A stretch of 64,000 nt of DNA. Source: Candidatus Nanoarchaeia archaeon (GTDB lineage Archaea > Nanobdellota > Nanobdellia > Pacearchaeales > GW2011-AR1). The stretch lies in assembly GCA_049288015.1 (NCBI GenBank), contig JBAQGX010000004.1, forward strand, positions 7,146 through 71,145, given 5' to 3'. Below, piece by piece: positions 8,096 through 17,846 of this stretch (position 1 is the first letter of the stretch; every line of letters starts with the position of its first letter). The position numbers were made by a program, and so were the translations under genes. Under the pieces are notes generated by a model. That model did no database searches. It was not told where the DNA came from and saw only the letters and a program-made list of their open reading frames with translations.

Positions 8096-10816
8096 ATGGT
8101 TGATTCGGAGACTAAAGCTTTTTTTGAAAAGTCGAAGAAATTTTTCAGCAAAAAGAATGTTCAGTGGATTATAACTGCAATAATTCTTCTTGTTATAATA
8201 TTTACTGCAACAAGTATAAGGCTTTCTAATGTTTCTCTGCTTGTAGATCCTACATCTGGAAATTATACTCTATCCGATCCAGATGCATTGTTATGGATGA
8301 GGCTGGAGGGACATTTACTTCAGTATGGAAATCTAAATGGTATCGATACTATGAGATATCCTGCATTGAATGTTACTTACAGCCATGAAATGCTAGTTTA
8401 TGTTGTCGTTGATGCATATAAGATTATAAGCTCTTTTGATAATAAGATTACTTATCAGTTTTTGGATGTGGTCTATCCGGCTTATGCATTTTTAATAGGC
8501 CTTATAATTTTCTTCTTCCTCATTTATGTTCTTACAAATTCGAAGACTGCCGCGATTCTTGCAAGCGCTTTTTTAGCTTATTCTCCTGCATATTTATTTA
8601 GAACTATTTCTGGAGTTTCGGGACATGAAGCACTTGGAATAATGTTCTTATTTGCAGTTTTCTTAGCATTTGTTTTAGGAATAAAGAAATTTAGTAAAAA
8701 TTGGAAACAAACGGCTATTTGGAGTATTGTTGTTGGACTACTTACAACATTCTCTTTTGCATCATGGGGAGGAACAATAAATTTTATATTTTTGATTTTG
8801 CCTCTTGCATTATTGCTTTACTACTTGTTTAATATCGAAGAAGACAACATTAAGTTAAAATACAAATTCATTGCATTCTATTTTATTTGGATTTTAACTG
8901 CAACACTTGGAACTCTACTGGTTAATTTTACTCCCTCTAACTTATATTCTATTTTCTTTGAAGCTTCGGGAGCTCTTGTTCCTGCTGTATTATTGTTTGT
9001 ACTTGTTGATACTATCTTGAACTATTATAAGCCAGTTAAGAAATCCAAATTCAGGTTAATCTTCTCTGCAATAGCAACTTTGGTTCTTGGATTTATTGGA
9101 CTTGCAACTTTAGGAAAAGGAGGATTTGGTTTAATCTCAAATATTTACCAAGCCTTGATACATCCTCTTGGAACAAACAGAGTTGGACTGACTGTTGCTT
9201 ATTATGCACAGCCTTATCTTACAGACTTTCAATCACAGACACTTCTTTCTTTCTTTTGGATATTCCTTCTTGGTCTAGCAATAATATGCATTGAAATAAC
9301 AAAAGGAGTAAAGTCTGTTAAACATAGGATTTATTTGTCTATAGCAGGAATTGCTGCAATTGCTGGAATATTATTCAGCAGATACTCTTCATCTAGTGTT
9401 CTTAACGGAGTAAATTTCCTAAGTCAGTCAATTTATTTTTTAAGTTTTGCCATTCTCGTTATTTGCCTATTGTGGATATATTACAAAGATAAACATAAAA
9501 TTGATGATTCAATGATTTTTATTTTCCCTTTCATGATGATCATGCTCATAACGGTAAGAGCAGCCGCAAGAACAATATTCATGGTAGTTCCATTTATGGC
9601 ACTTGCAGGGGGATTGTTAATTGTAAAGTCAGCAGAGTATATGAAGAAATCAAAGGGACATGAGAGAGCTTACGTTGCAGGAGGATTATTGGTTGTAGCT
9701 TTGGCATTATCCTTTTTTTATTTAGCTGGAAATCCTTTTACTTCGAGCTCAGGAGCTTATGTATTATCTTCTGCGCAAGCAAAACAAGTTGGTCCTCTTA
9801 CGAATGACCAGTGGGAGAATGCAATGGCTTGGGTCAGAAATGACACTGCTCCGGGAAGTGTCTTCCTTCATTGGTGGGATTATGGTTATATTTTACAGAC
9901 AATTGGACTAAGGACAACTGTTCTAGATGGAGGAAATTATAATGCCTATTGGGATCATCTTATGGGGAGATATGTCCTTACAACACCAGATCCAAATACA
10001 GCATTTGCATTCATGAAAGCACAGAATGTTTCTTATCTTCTGATAGATTTTACTGACTTTGGAAAATATTCTGCGTTTTCTAGTATAGGAAGTGATTCTA
10101 ATGGAACGGACAGATTTGCGGCTCCCACTCTTCTTGCGTCAGATCCTTCACAGCAGCAAAATACCAGCAATGGAACAGTAAGAGTTTACTTAGGCCAGAC
10201 TTTTGTTGATCAAGATATAGTCTATCAGGGAACTTTTCTTCCAGGGGTTTCTTCGACGAATGGAGGAGTAACTTCTAATTTTAATTCATATCTTATTGGA
10301 ACAGTAATGTCCTACTCACAAAGCAGCAATGGTTCTGTATCAATTCAACAGCCAGATGGTGTATTTTACTACAACAATCAGAGATATAGTCTTCCTCTGA
10401 GATATGTTTATTATAACAACAACATAATTGATTTTGGTACTGGAATAAATGCTACTTTCATGATTATTCCAAGTCTCTCCACGCAAAGTGGACAAATTCA
10501 GCTTGATCCACTTGGTGCAGGAATTTATCTTTCTCCAAAGGTTCAGCAGAGCTTGTATGCAAGATTATATCTTATGAATGATCCTTATGGTCAGTATAAA
10601 ACATTCACTCTTGCAAATGTTCAGGAGAATGATATAGTAAACAATCTAAGATCTCAAGGAGTCAATCTTGGGGAATTTGTTTACTTTCAAGGACAACTGC
10701 TTGCACCATTAAAGATTTGGAAGACAACTTATCCTTCAGATATTCTTGATCTTCCTCAATTTAGACAACCTAGTGGAGCATATGCAGGTCTTGATAATTT
10801 AACTTTGACAGATTAA
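8096..10816 (+). CDS. aglB: Archaeal oligosaccharyltransferase AglB (STT3 family)
   Basis: Multi-TM N-terminal half with an early DxD-like SDPDAL motif, and the hallmark WWDYGY motif (LHWWDYGYIL) at the start of the soluble C-terminal domain. Confidence 0.9.
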   Translation: MVDSETKAFFEKSKKFFSKKNVQWIITAIILLVIIFTATSIRLSNVSLLVDPTSGNYTLSDPDALLWMRLEGHLLQYGNLNGIDTMRYPALNVTYSHEMLVYVVVDAYKIISSFDNKITYQFLDVVYPAYAFLIGLIIFFFLIYVLTNSKTAAILASAFLAYSPAYLFRTISGVSGHEALGIMFLFAVFLAFVLGIKKFSKNWKQTAIWSIVVGLLTTFSFASWGGTINFIFLILPLALLLYYLFNIEEDNIKLKYKFIAFYFIWILTATLGTLLVNFTPSNLYSIFFEASGALVPAVLLFVLVDTILNYYKPVKKSKFRLIFSAIATLVLGFIGLATLGKGGFGLISNIYQALIHPLGTNRVGLTVAYYAQPYLTDFQSQTLLSFFWIFLLGLAIICIEITKGVKSVKHRIYLSIAGIAAIAGILFSRYSSSSVLNGVNFLSQSIYFLSFAILVICLLWIYYKDKHKIDDSMIFIFPFMMIMLITVRAAARTIFMVVPFMALAGGLLIVKSAEYMKKSKGHERAYVAGGLLVVALALSFFYLAGNPFTSSSGAYVLSSAQAKQVGPLTNDQWENAMAWVRNDTAPGSVFLHWWDYGYILQTIGLRTTVLDGGNYNAYWDHLMGRYVLTTPDPNTAFAFMKAQNVSYLLIDFTDFGKYSAFSSIGSDSNGTDRFAAPTLLASDPSQQQNTSNGTVRVYLGQTFVDQDIVYQGTFLPGVSSTNGGVTSNFNSYLIGTVMSYSQSSNGSVSIQQPDGVFYYNNQRYSLPLRYVYYNNNIIDFGTGINATFMIIPSLSTQSGQIQLDPLGAGIYLSPKVQQSLYARLYLMNDPYGQYKTFTLANVQENDIVNNLRSQGVNLGEFVYFQGQLLAPLKIWKTTYPSDILDLPQFRQPSGAYAGLDNLTLTD

Positions 10817-10859
10817 GTATTATAAAAAAGATTATAAAGTTATTTTTTGTAAGTGCTAT

Positions 10860-11366
10860 ATGGGTAAAAGAGGTGTAGATCCAGTCATCGCAGTCTTGCT
10901 TCTCGTCGCTCTTACTGTTTCTTTGGGAGTGGGGATTTTTGTTTGGTCAAGGAGTTATGTTTCAAAAACAACTGAAAGCGCTTCCACTCAAGAGGCATGT
11001 TCTGGAGTAAAATTCAGTGCAGCAGATTTTTGCTACAATACTGCTTTGACAACAAACATAAATAACAACAACCAAGAAAAGTCTACTAACATAAGATTTG
11101 ACGTTGAAAATGATGCATCGCAAAATATTTCCAGTTTCCAATTAGTACTTGATGAAGTATCTGGCGATTCAACAACAATCTCAACCATTCCTTATAGTGA
11201 AGCTCCTTCAATTCCGGGAGGAAAGCGATTAACTTCAGATTTTATTTCAAACACTAGTCCAATAACTGCGATTCATGTGGCTCCCCAGATTGAATTTAAT
11301 AACCAACCAGTAGACTGTTATGAAGAAGAGCAGATTGTTGATACAGGAGGAATAACTTCATGCTAG
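10860..11366 (+). CDS. Archaeal type IV pilin-like protein (class III signal peptide)
   Basis: N-terminus MGKRGVDPVIAVLLLVALTVSLGVGIFVW matches the archaeal pilin/flagellin-type signal (KRG | V-PVIAV + hydrophobic helix). Confidence 0.7.
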   Translation: MGKRGVDPVIAVLLLVALTVSLGVGIFVWSRSYVSKTTESASTQEACSGVKFSAADFCYNTALTTNINNNNQEKSTNIRFDVENDASQNISSFQLVLDEVSGDSTTISTIPYSEAPSIPGGKRLTSDFISNTSPITAIHVAPQIEFNNQPVDCYEEEQIVDTGGITSC

Positions 11367-14300
11367 GACAAAGATTATTATTTCTAGGAATTATTCTAGT
11401 TGTCTCTTTGAGCTATATTTCTGCTTCGGGAATATCAATAAATCCACCTTCAATTGTTCAGGGGACTTATGCAAACATAACTATCAGTCTGTCTCAATAC
11501 AATGGCTATGTTTATTTTTATCAACCTGGATCTACAAGTCCAGTCAATGTGAATCTTAATCTTGGATGCGGCAACAATTGTACCCCAAACACTTATTCTT
11601 ACAACTTTTCTTCAATTTCTTTTTCTCCCGGAAATTACATAATGTCTGTCTTTTCGCTTGATCCTTCAAACACAGGATGGGTTAATTCTACTTTTACTAT
11701 AATATCTGGGACATGCACTGCCTCCAATGGAGGAATTAATTATTATGTTGGCGGCGTAGTTACTGGACCATATGGCTCTCAAACTGATACATGTCTTTCT
11801 GACGGAAAAACTCTTGAGGAATATTATTGTTCTGGTTCAAATATTAGTATGAGTACTTATGTATGCACAAATGGATGCAGCAACGGATATTGCCTTCCTG
11901 CAGTATGCACTGGTTTTGGACAAACCTCTTGTGGCTCTTCATGTTGTAACAGTGGACAAGCTTGCAGCAATAATACCTGCGTCAGTCCGCAATCGTCATA
12001 TACTGAGAATAGTACATGCGGCAACGGAGTTGTTGATTTTCAGTCGGGAGAAGTTTGTGATGTAAATAATTTTACACAGCAAGATGGATCTATTGCTAGT
12101 TGTGCTTCTCAACTCGGGAAAGGATATTATGGAAGTTTAGGATGCAGCACTGATTGCAAGATAATTGATACTTCACAATGCGTAAATCAGTCGACGTCAA
12201 CTTGCTCCGATGGAACTTTTGCAAATCAGTGCTCTATTAACCAACCCTATTATTGCAATCAATTAAGTCTTTTGGGAATACCTCTTTCTAATTATTTATC
12301 TTACAATTGTTTTGTTTGTGGGTGCCCTTCTGGAACTGTGTGTTCTTCTATTGGAACAAACTGTGTAGTTGCTTCTACACTTCAATCTACTATTTCATCT
12401 CCACCCCCAATAGGATTAAACCAAAAAAATTCTTCATTATACAAACCGAATATGGTTTTCCTCCTGTCGGATGCTAACTGGGAAAGTGTTTTGCCTTTTG
12501 TTTCTACAACAACCTGGACTGACAGTTTGGGAAATATAAACAAGTATCCCTCATTAATTTATTACGATCAGGGACAGGGTCAGGATGTTTATGTTTTTGA
12601 TGCAAGTTCAATAATCAATTTTATGCAACAATATAGTCCTTCAAAAGTTATCATTGTTGGGAATAGCCCTCAGCAATTAGATGATTCTCTTGTGGCTTCT
12701 CCTTCTGTAGGAGCAGGGTTACAAATCAGCCAGATTCAAAGAATTAATCCTCAAGATTATCTTGGCTACTGGAGCTCATTTAATACTGTTGTTTATGTTG
12801 AGGATAATTATACACTTGGTTTATTGGCTTCAACTTATGCTTCTTTGATAGATGCACCATTGATTATTCAGGGAAGCAGTGTTGATTCTTCTGCAGTTTT
12901 CTCTGGGAGAAATGTAATATGTGTTGGAAATGTAAATCCCTCTGGAAGCAGCTGTTCCCAAACCTATACTCTTTCACAATTGCAAAATCAGTATGTCAAC
13001 CAAACTGGAACTAATAAAGTTGTATTGGTAAATCCTAATGATTGGACTAATGGAGAGTCATTGACAACTGTAGGTGAGAGTCAGAAGCTCATATCGGACA
13101 ATGTACAAGAAATATTCCTTAAAACTTCTTTAGTATCACCTTTTTTGGCATCAGCAAGACAAGAACTTTTATTCAGCACAACGCAAACATCTGACTTTGC
13201 AATAAATTCTGCGCTAAAGGCCCAGATTAGTTCAATGAATGTAAAATATCTGACTATAATGGCTTCTCCCTTGACAATTCCAGCCAGCCAGTATATGTAT
13301 AGTGTTGGAGGAGAAGATATATACAAATCACTTGATCAGACTGAATATGCAGACACAGATAATGATGGATATCCTAATATTGACACGGGAAGAATAATGG
13401 GATTCAGTTCTTCTGATGTTTCAAGCTATGTTGCAAGAGATTTATTTTATTCTGCATTCCCAAGAACAAATAGCATGATGTTTATGGCAAGCTCTTTTCA
13501 GTACATGATAGATGATGCAAATAGTTTGGCCAGCAGATTTAAAGGTCAAGGGTATAATTCTACTACATCTACTTCATTACAAATTGCTCCCACTTTTAAT
13601 TCTAGCTTATGGCTAAATCGAGATTTGATAGATTATATGGATCATGGAAATTGGAACTGGGCAGGAATTTATTCGCAAAGCGTTCCTGTTTTAAGTAGTT
13701 CCTTAGTCTTTGCCGATGCGTGTTCAACTTGTTCTGTTTCTGGAGAGAATGTTCAGGATCCGTCTTCATTTTGTAATTGGGTTATAAAACAAGGTAGCGT
13801 TGGAATTTTAGGTGAAGTAAGCGTCGGATTTACTGGAAGCAATATTTTTGATAATACTTTGAATGAGCTCTATTTTACCAATTCTGCAACACTTGGACAA
13901 GCATTTACAGATTCTTATAGCCCTGCAAATTTTATGGCTAGTAATTATAGTCTATATTATATGACTACTCTTATCGGAGATCCAATGTTCCAAATTCAAT
14001 CTTGTTCTGATGGCACTAATTTTGGACAGTGTTCTTCAGCTAAACCTAATTATTGTAATATAGATGGAAGTCTAGTTGCAAAGGCAGGAATCTGCGGATG
14101 TCCTAGCGGCTATAGTGTGTTGGGTGATTCATGTGTCAAAGAGTGTTCTGATGGCACTCTGGTAGGACAATGTTCCCAAAATCCTGTTCATTCTATCTAT
14201 TGCAATAGCAGTGGAAGTTTAGTAGACAATGCAACTTTATGTGGTTGTCCTAGTGGCTATATTATTTCAGGAGGGGTATGTACACAATCTTGTTCTGATG

Positions 14301-14941
14301 GTACCTATTTGGGACAGTGTTCTTCAAATGAACCTATGTATTGTAACAGCACGGGATCTTTAGTAAGTAATGTAAGCGTTTGCGGTTGCCCTACTGGTTA
14401 TATCATTTCAGAGGGTTTATGTAGTCAATCCTGCTCGGACGGAACTTTAATAGGACAATGTTCCTCGACTAAGCCTAATTATTGTAACAATGGAAATTTG
14501 ATAAACAAAGCTAGTGTTTGCGGTTGCCCTACGGGCTATACTATATCTGGAGAATTATGCATTCAGATTTGTTCTGATGGTACTATGGTTGGACGGTGCT
14601 CTTCAACCAAACCTAATTATTGTAACAATGGAAATTTGATAAACAAAGCTAGTGTTTGTGGTTGTCCTAGTGGATATAATGTATCAGGGGATTCATGTAA
14701 TGTTGTTACACCTCCTAAAATCAGTAGTTCTGTAGCTTCTAGATGTCTCCCCAGCGGAACTAATGTGACAAATACAGCCTTTTGCTGTAATGGAGGAATG
14801 TGGATTACAAAACAAACTCCTAATTTCTGCGGTTGGTGTTCAAACGGAAAGAGTTGGTGCTGGCCTTGGAATTGGAGACTAGGCTATAATGTTTTGCATT
14901 GCGGAACTCATAGTGTAAATGATTATCAAGTTTGCAAATAA
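11360..14941 (+). CDS. Large secreted Cys-rich protein with central peptidase C25 (gingipain)-like domain
   Basis: Signal peptide. EYADTDNDGYPNIDTGRIMG, LIDYMDHGNWNWAG (His762, nt 13643-13645) and LVFADACSTCS (Cys788, nt 13721-13723) parallel the gingipain ...vGR..., Y-x-GHG...W and DVAC blocks. N- and C-terminal Cys-rich modules. The start overlaps the pilin gene by 7 nt, with GGAGG upstream. Confidence 0.7.
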   Translation: MLGQRLLFLGIILVVSLSYISASGISINPPSIVQGTYANITISLSQYNGYVYFYQPGSTSPVNVNLNLGCGNNCTPNTYSYNFSSISFSPGNYIMSVFSLDPSNTGWVNSTFTIISGTCTASNGGINYYVGGVVTGPYGSQTDTCLSDGKTLEEYYCSGSNISMSTYVCTNGCSNGYCLPAVCTGFGQTSCGSSCCNSGQACSNNTCVSPQSSYTENSTCGNGVVDFQSGEVCDVNNFTQQDGSIASCASQLGKGYYGSLGCSTDCKIIDTSQCVNQSTSTCSDGTFANQCSINQPYYCNQLSLLGIPLSNYLSYNCFVCGCPSGTVCSSIGTNCVVASTLQSTISSPPPIGLNQKNSSLYKPNMVFLLSDANWESVLPFVSTTTWTDSLGNINKYPSLIYYDQGQGQDVYVFDASSIINFMQQYSPSKVIIVGNSPQQLDDSLVASPSVGAGLQISQIQRINPQDYLGYWSSFNTVVYVEDNYTLGLLASTYASLIDAPLIIQGSSVDSSAVFSGRNVICVGNVNPSGSSCSQTYTLSQLQNQYVNQTGTNKVVLVNPNDWTNGESLTTVGESQKLISDNVQEIFLKTSLVSPFLASARQELLFSTTQTSDFAINSALKAQISSMNVKYLTIMASPLTIPASQYMYSVGGEDIYKSLDQTEYADTDNDGYPNIDTGRIMGFSSSDVSSYVARDLFYSAFPRTNSMMFMASSFQYMIDDANSLASRFKGQGYNSTTSTSLQIAPTFNSSLWLNRDLIDYMDHGNWNWAGIYSQSVPVLSSSLVFADACSTCSVSGENVQDPSSFCNWVIKQGSVGILGEVSVGFTGSNIFDNTLNELYFTNSATLGQAFTDSYSPANFMASNYSLYYMTTLIGDPMFQIQSCSDGTNFGQCSSAKPNYCNIDGSLVAKAGICGCPSGYSVLGDSCVKECSDGTLVGQCSQNPVHSIYCNSSGSLVDNATLCGCPSGYIISGGVCTQSCSDGTYLGQCSSNEPMYCNSTGSLVSNVSVCGCPTGYIISEGLCSQSCSDGTLIGQCSSTKPNYCNNGNLINKASVCGCPTGYTISGELCIQICSDGTMVGRCSSTKPNYCNNGNLINKASVCGCPSGYNVSGDSCNVVTPPKISSSVASRCLPSGTNVTNTAFCCNGGMWITKQTPNFCGWCSNGKSWCWPWNWRLGYNVLHCGTHSVNDYQVCK
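14003..14698 (+). repeat. Five tandem Cys-rich modules (138-147 bp period) inside the 1193-aa CDS
   Basis: CSDGTxxGQCSxxxPxYCNxxGxLxxxAxxCGCPxGYxxSGxxC repeated 5 times, with module starts at 14003, 14144, 14291, 14432 and 14570. Modules 4 and 5 share a 47-nt identical core (14474-14520 and 14612-14658). Confidence 0.9.
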
Positions 14942-14945
14942 TAAA

Positions 14946-15770
14946 ATGGCAAAACAAAATATATTCGGGAAGAGAATTTTTATTTTAGTACTTGCAAGCT
15001 TATTTTTATTAAGCACTATATCTGCATTGAGCATAAGCATAAACATGAATCCTACTTTTAGTCTAGGCCAAAATGTTTCGTTCAGTTACACTTTCCTTTC
15101 TAGTTCAGCTATTTCTGGAACTTATACAATAGGGGTCTCCTGTCCTAACGCTCCAATTCCTTTGTTAAGTGTTCAAAATTTCAGTTTGGGGGCAAATATC
15201 CCTTTGATTCAGGCTTATACTTATATATCAAACTTGACCGATAATGTTGATCCTCAAACATGTAATACGACAGTTTCTACCATAAGCCCGATAAGTATTT
15301 CGCAAAGCCAATCTTTTGCATTGCAAACAAATCCTAGATTTAATTTTAATGTAGCTGTATGTAAAGACGCACAGTGTAATAGAGCATCAACAATATTTGA
15401 TCTTGACAATAATATTTATCTTGAGTACATGTCAAATGAGACTAATCTAAGTGTTAAATCAGTATTGACTTACCCTGATGGAAGCACTGAAAGTCTAAAT
15501 TTGCCTGCTCAGATTACAGCAAACCAGAAAGGCACTTATTCTTTAAATGTAAATGCTTCTAAAACAGGTTATAAGACAATCAATGAGCAGATCTCATTCG
15601 GAGTTATACAAAGTGAAGTAAATATTCCATATACAAGTATAAGTTCATCACAAACTGGGCCAAGCGGTCTTTCTGTCTATATTATAATAATTGCACTTAT
15701 TGTTCTAGCCTTGATTACTATTGTGTCTTTCATTTTGTTTAGGCTTATAAAAAAGAGAGAAAAGAAATAA
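14946..15770 (+). CDS. Secreted, C-terminally membrane-anchored protein
   Basis: Signal peptide after the ATG at 14946 (MAKQNIFGKRIFILVLASLFLLSTISA). Many N-x-S/T sequons. C-terminal TM helix plus KKREKK tail. Starts 4 nt after the upstream stop. Confidence 0.6.
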   Translation: MAKQNIFGKRIFILVLASLFLLSTISALSISINMNPTFSLGQNVSFSYTFLSSSAISGTYTIGVSCPNAPIPLLSVQNFSLGANIPLIQAYTYISNLTDNVDPQTCNTTVSTISPISISQSQSFALQTNPRFNFNVAVCKDAQCNRASTIFDLDNNIYLEYMSNETNLSVKSVLTYPDGSTESLNLPAQITANQKGTYSLNVNASKTGYKTINEQISFGVIQSEVNIPYTSISSSQTGPSGLSVYIIIIALIVLALITIVSFILFRLIKKREKK

Positions 15771-15809
15771 TTTCTTCTAATTTTTAAACTATTATTTCTT
15801 TAGCATATA

Positions 15810-16649
15810 ATGGCAAATACACTTGGAAAAGCAAAGAAGCAGAGAGGAAAAAGTAATTCAACGAACAGGCATAAACAGCCAATTCCTTTGATGATAAATG
15901 ATATCATTGAACAATCTGATTTAATATTGGAAGTTCTTGATGCAAGATTCATTGAAAAAACAAGACATAAAGAAATAGAAAAAAGGATAGAAGGAATGGA
16001 AAAGAGAATAATCTTCGTCCTTAATAAGTCCGATCTTGTTAATGTGCGTGAAATAAACAGGCAGCTTGAAATAGAAGATATTAAGCCCCATATCTTTTTT
16101 TCATCTAGAGAAAGGAAGGGGACAGCAATTTTAAGGAACTACATTAAGAAAGAGGCTAAGAAAATAAAGAAAGATGCAGTCAACGTTGGGGTTATTGGAT
16201 ATCCTAATACAGGAAAGAGCTCTTTGATAAATGTTCTTATCGGAAAGCCATCTGCAAAAGTTTCTTCTATTGCAGGGTTTACAAAGTCAATACAAAAAAT
16301 AAAGCTTTCAAAAGGAATTTATCTTATTGATACCCCTGGAATTATAACTCCTGAAGAGCAGCTATCAGGAAACAGAGAAAATTCAATAAGAAATTCTCAG
16401 ATTGGAGCTATTGATTGGAATAGAATAAAGGAACCAGATATTGTTGTTAATAGTTTGGTAAAAGAATATCCTGGGATACTTGAAAAGTATTATAATATTA
16501 ATGCAAAAGGAGATTCTGAGACACTCCTTGAAATGCTTGGGCGAAGACTGAACTATCTAAAAAGAAATAATATTGTCGACGAAACAAGAACTGCCAAACA
16601 TATACTAAGGGAATGGCAAGAAGGAAAGATAAGACTTGAAAGATTTTAA
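15810..16649 (+). CDS. Circularly permuted GTPase (YlqF/RbgA/Nug-like ribosome biogenesis GTPase)
   Basis: G4 (VLNKSDL) precedes G1 (GYPNTGKSSLIN) and G3 (DTPGI), the permuted order diagnostic of this family. Confidence 0.85.
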   Translation: MANTLGKAKKQRGKSNSTNRHKQPIPLMINDIIEQSDLILEVLDARFIEKTRHKEIEKRIEGMEKRIIFVLNKSDLVNVREINRQLEIEDIKPHIFFSSRERKGTAILRNYIKKEAKKIKKDAVNVGVIGYPNTGKSSLINVLIGKPSAKVSSIAGFTKSIQKIKLSKGIYLIDTPGIITPEEQLSGNRENSIRNSQIGAIDWNRIKEPDIVVNSLVKEYPGILEKYYNINAKGDSETLLEMLGRRLNYLKRNNIVDETRTAKHILREWQEGKIRLERF

Positions 16650-16707
16650 TCATTAATATATCTAATTTAGCAACAATCCTTAAATACCTATTTTTAATTG
16701 ATTTAGT

Positions 16708-17310
16708 ATGCTGAAAAAAGAAATGAGTAAATCAGAGGTTGAGAAGGAACTTCAAGGTAAGGGGGATTATGTTCAGATAGACAGTTTGAGGAGATTCTTG
16801 AAAGAAAATCTTCCTCTTGATGTAAAGAAGTTTTCCTTATCGAAATTGGTACTAATTTACGAAGGCAGAAAAATGTTTTCAGAAGCTGCGGATTTATACG
16901 GGAAACTTGCAGAAATTTCAATGAATTCTGCAGAGAGATCAGGATATTTAACAAAGCAGGTTGAAAACTACATAAAGTCTGGATTTTTTGACATGACTGA
17001 TTTGATTATGAACAAGCTCATCAGCGAGACAGTAAAGTTTACTGACAAGGCAAAAATAACATCTTCGATTATAGATTTCTACAAAAAACAAGCGGATATA
17101 TATGAAAGAGAAAGAAGAAGAAGCAAGGCAGTGGAAATATATGAAAAGCTTCTTATAATGAAAATTTCCGATTCAGAAAGAGATCTTGTAAACAAGAAGC
17201 TAATGGATTTGTACAAAGCGCTTGGATTGATAGACAAGTATATCAAAATCAAGGAAGCTCCAAACAAACCTGTCAAGCCTTCTCCAAAGTATGATTATGA
17301 TGTAGATTAA
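16708..17310 (+). CDS. Hypothetical helical protein
   Basis: ORF with coding-like composition. No motif recognised. Confidence 0.45.
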   Translation: MLKKEMSKSEVEKELQGKGDYVQIDSLRRFLKENLPLDVKKFSLSKLVLIYEGRKMFSEAADLYGKLAEISMNSAERSGYLTKQVENYIKSGFFDMTDLIMNKLISETVKFTDKAKITSSIIDFYKKQADIYERERRRSKAVEIYEKLLIMKISDSERDLVNKKLMDLYKALGLIDKYIKIKEAPNKPVKPSPKYDYDVD

Positions 17311-17338
17311 AACATAATATTTATAATTACAATTTCTT

Positions 17339-17806
17339 TTGATATATACGATGGAAAAAAGAGGTCAGTATTATCCTACAAAAAGAAGAAGTGGAGTTTG
17401 GATTTTGCTGCTAATAATAGTTGTTGGTGTTGTAATTTATGCAAATAGCCAGGGTATAATTCATCTTTCTCTTCCTAGTCTCGGGAATTTAAGCTTGGGA
17501 TCAAATTCAGTTCAAGCATGTGTGCAAAAAGTGAACAACTGTTCTTCTATAATAAATTTAAAATATGGTACCAATGTGACAGTATTAAATGATTCGCAGG
17601 CGCAATCTGCAAGTGATGCAAATAGTTTTCTTTCAACTTGGAAAGGTTCCTCACAGCAAGGTAATATCTCAAGTTATAATGTAACTGCATATCCTATTGT
17701 TTTAGTTGCAACAAGATTTGATAATTCCAATGGGAAGTCTCCATACGTTTTTATATGCAAATCTGACGGCAATTTGGAAGAGAAATCAAGCTTGGGTCTT
17801 TGCTGA
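17339..17806 (+). CDS. Hypothetical secreted or membrane-anchored protein
   Basis: N-terminal basic stretch plus hydrophobic helix (RRSGVWILLLIIVVGVVIYA). The start may be the ATG at 17351. Confidence 0.45.
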   Translation: MIYTMEKRGQYYPTKRRSGVWILLLIIVVGVVIYANSQGIIHLSLPSLGNLSLGSNSVQACVQKVNNCSSIINLKYGTNVTVLNDSQAQSASDANSFLSTWKGSSQQGNISSYNVTAYPIVLVATRFDNSNGKSPYVFICKSDGNLEEKSSLGLC

Positions 17807-17846
17807 TTGACAATAAATTTAAAACGTTTATCCAATTATCTTAAGG

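Noticed and set aside
14919-14945. Upstream ATG at 14919 as start of the 283-aa ORF, overlapping the 1193-aa gene
   Set aside because: The signal peptide begins right after the ATG at 14946 (MAKQNIFGKRIF...). The nine extra residues lie inside the upstream coding region.
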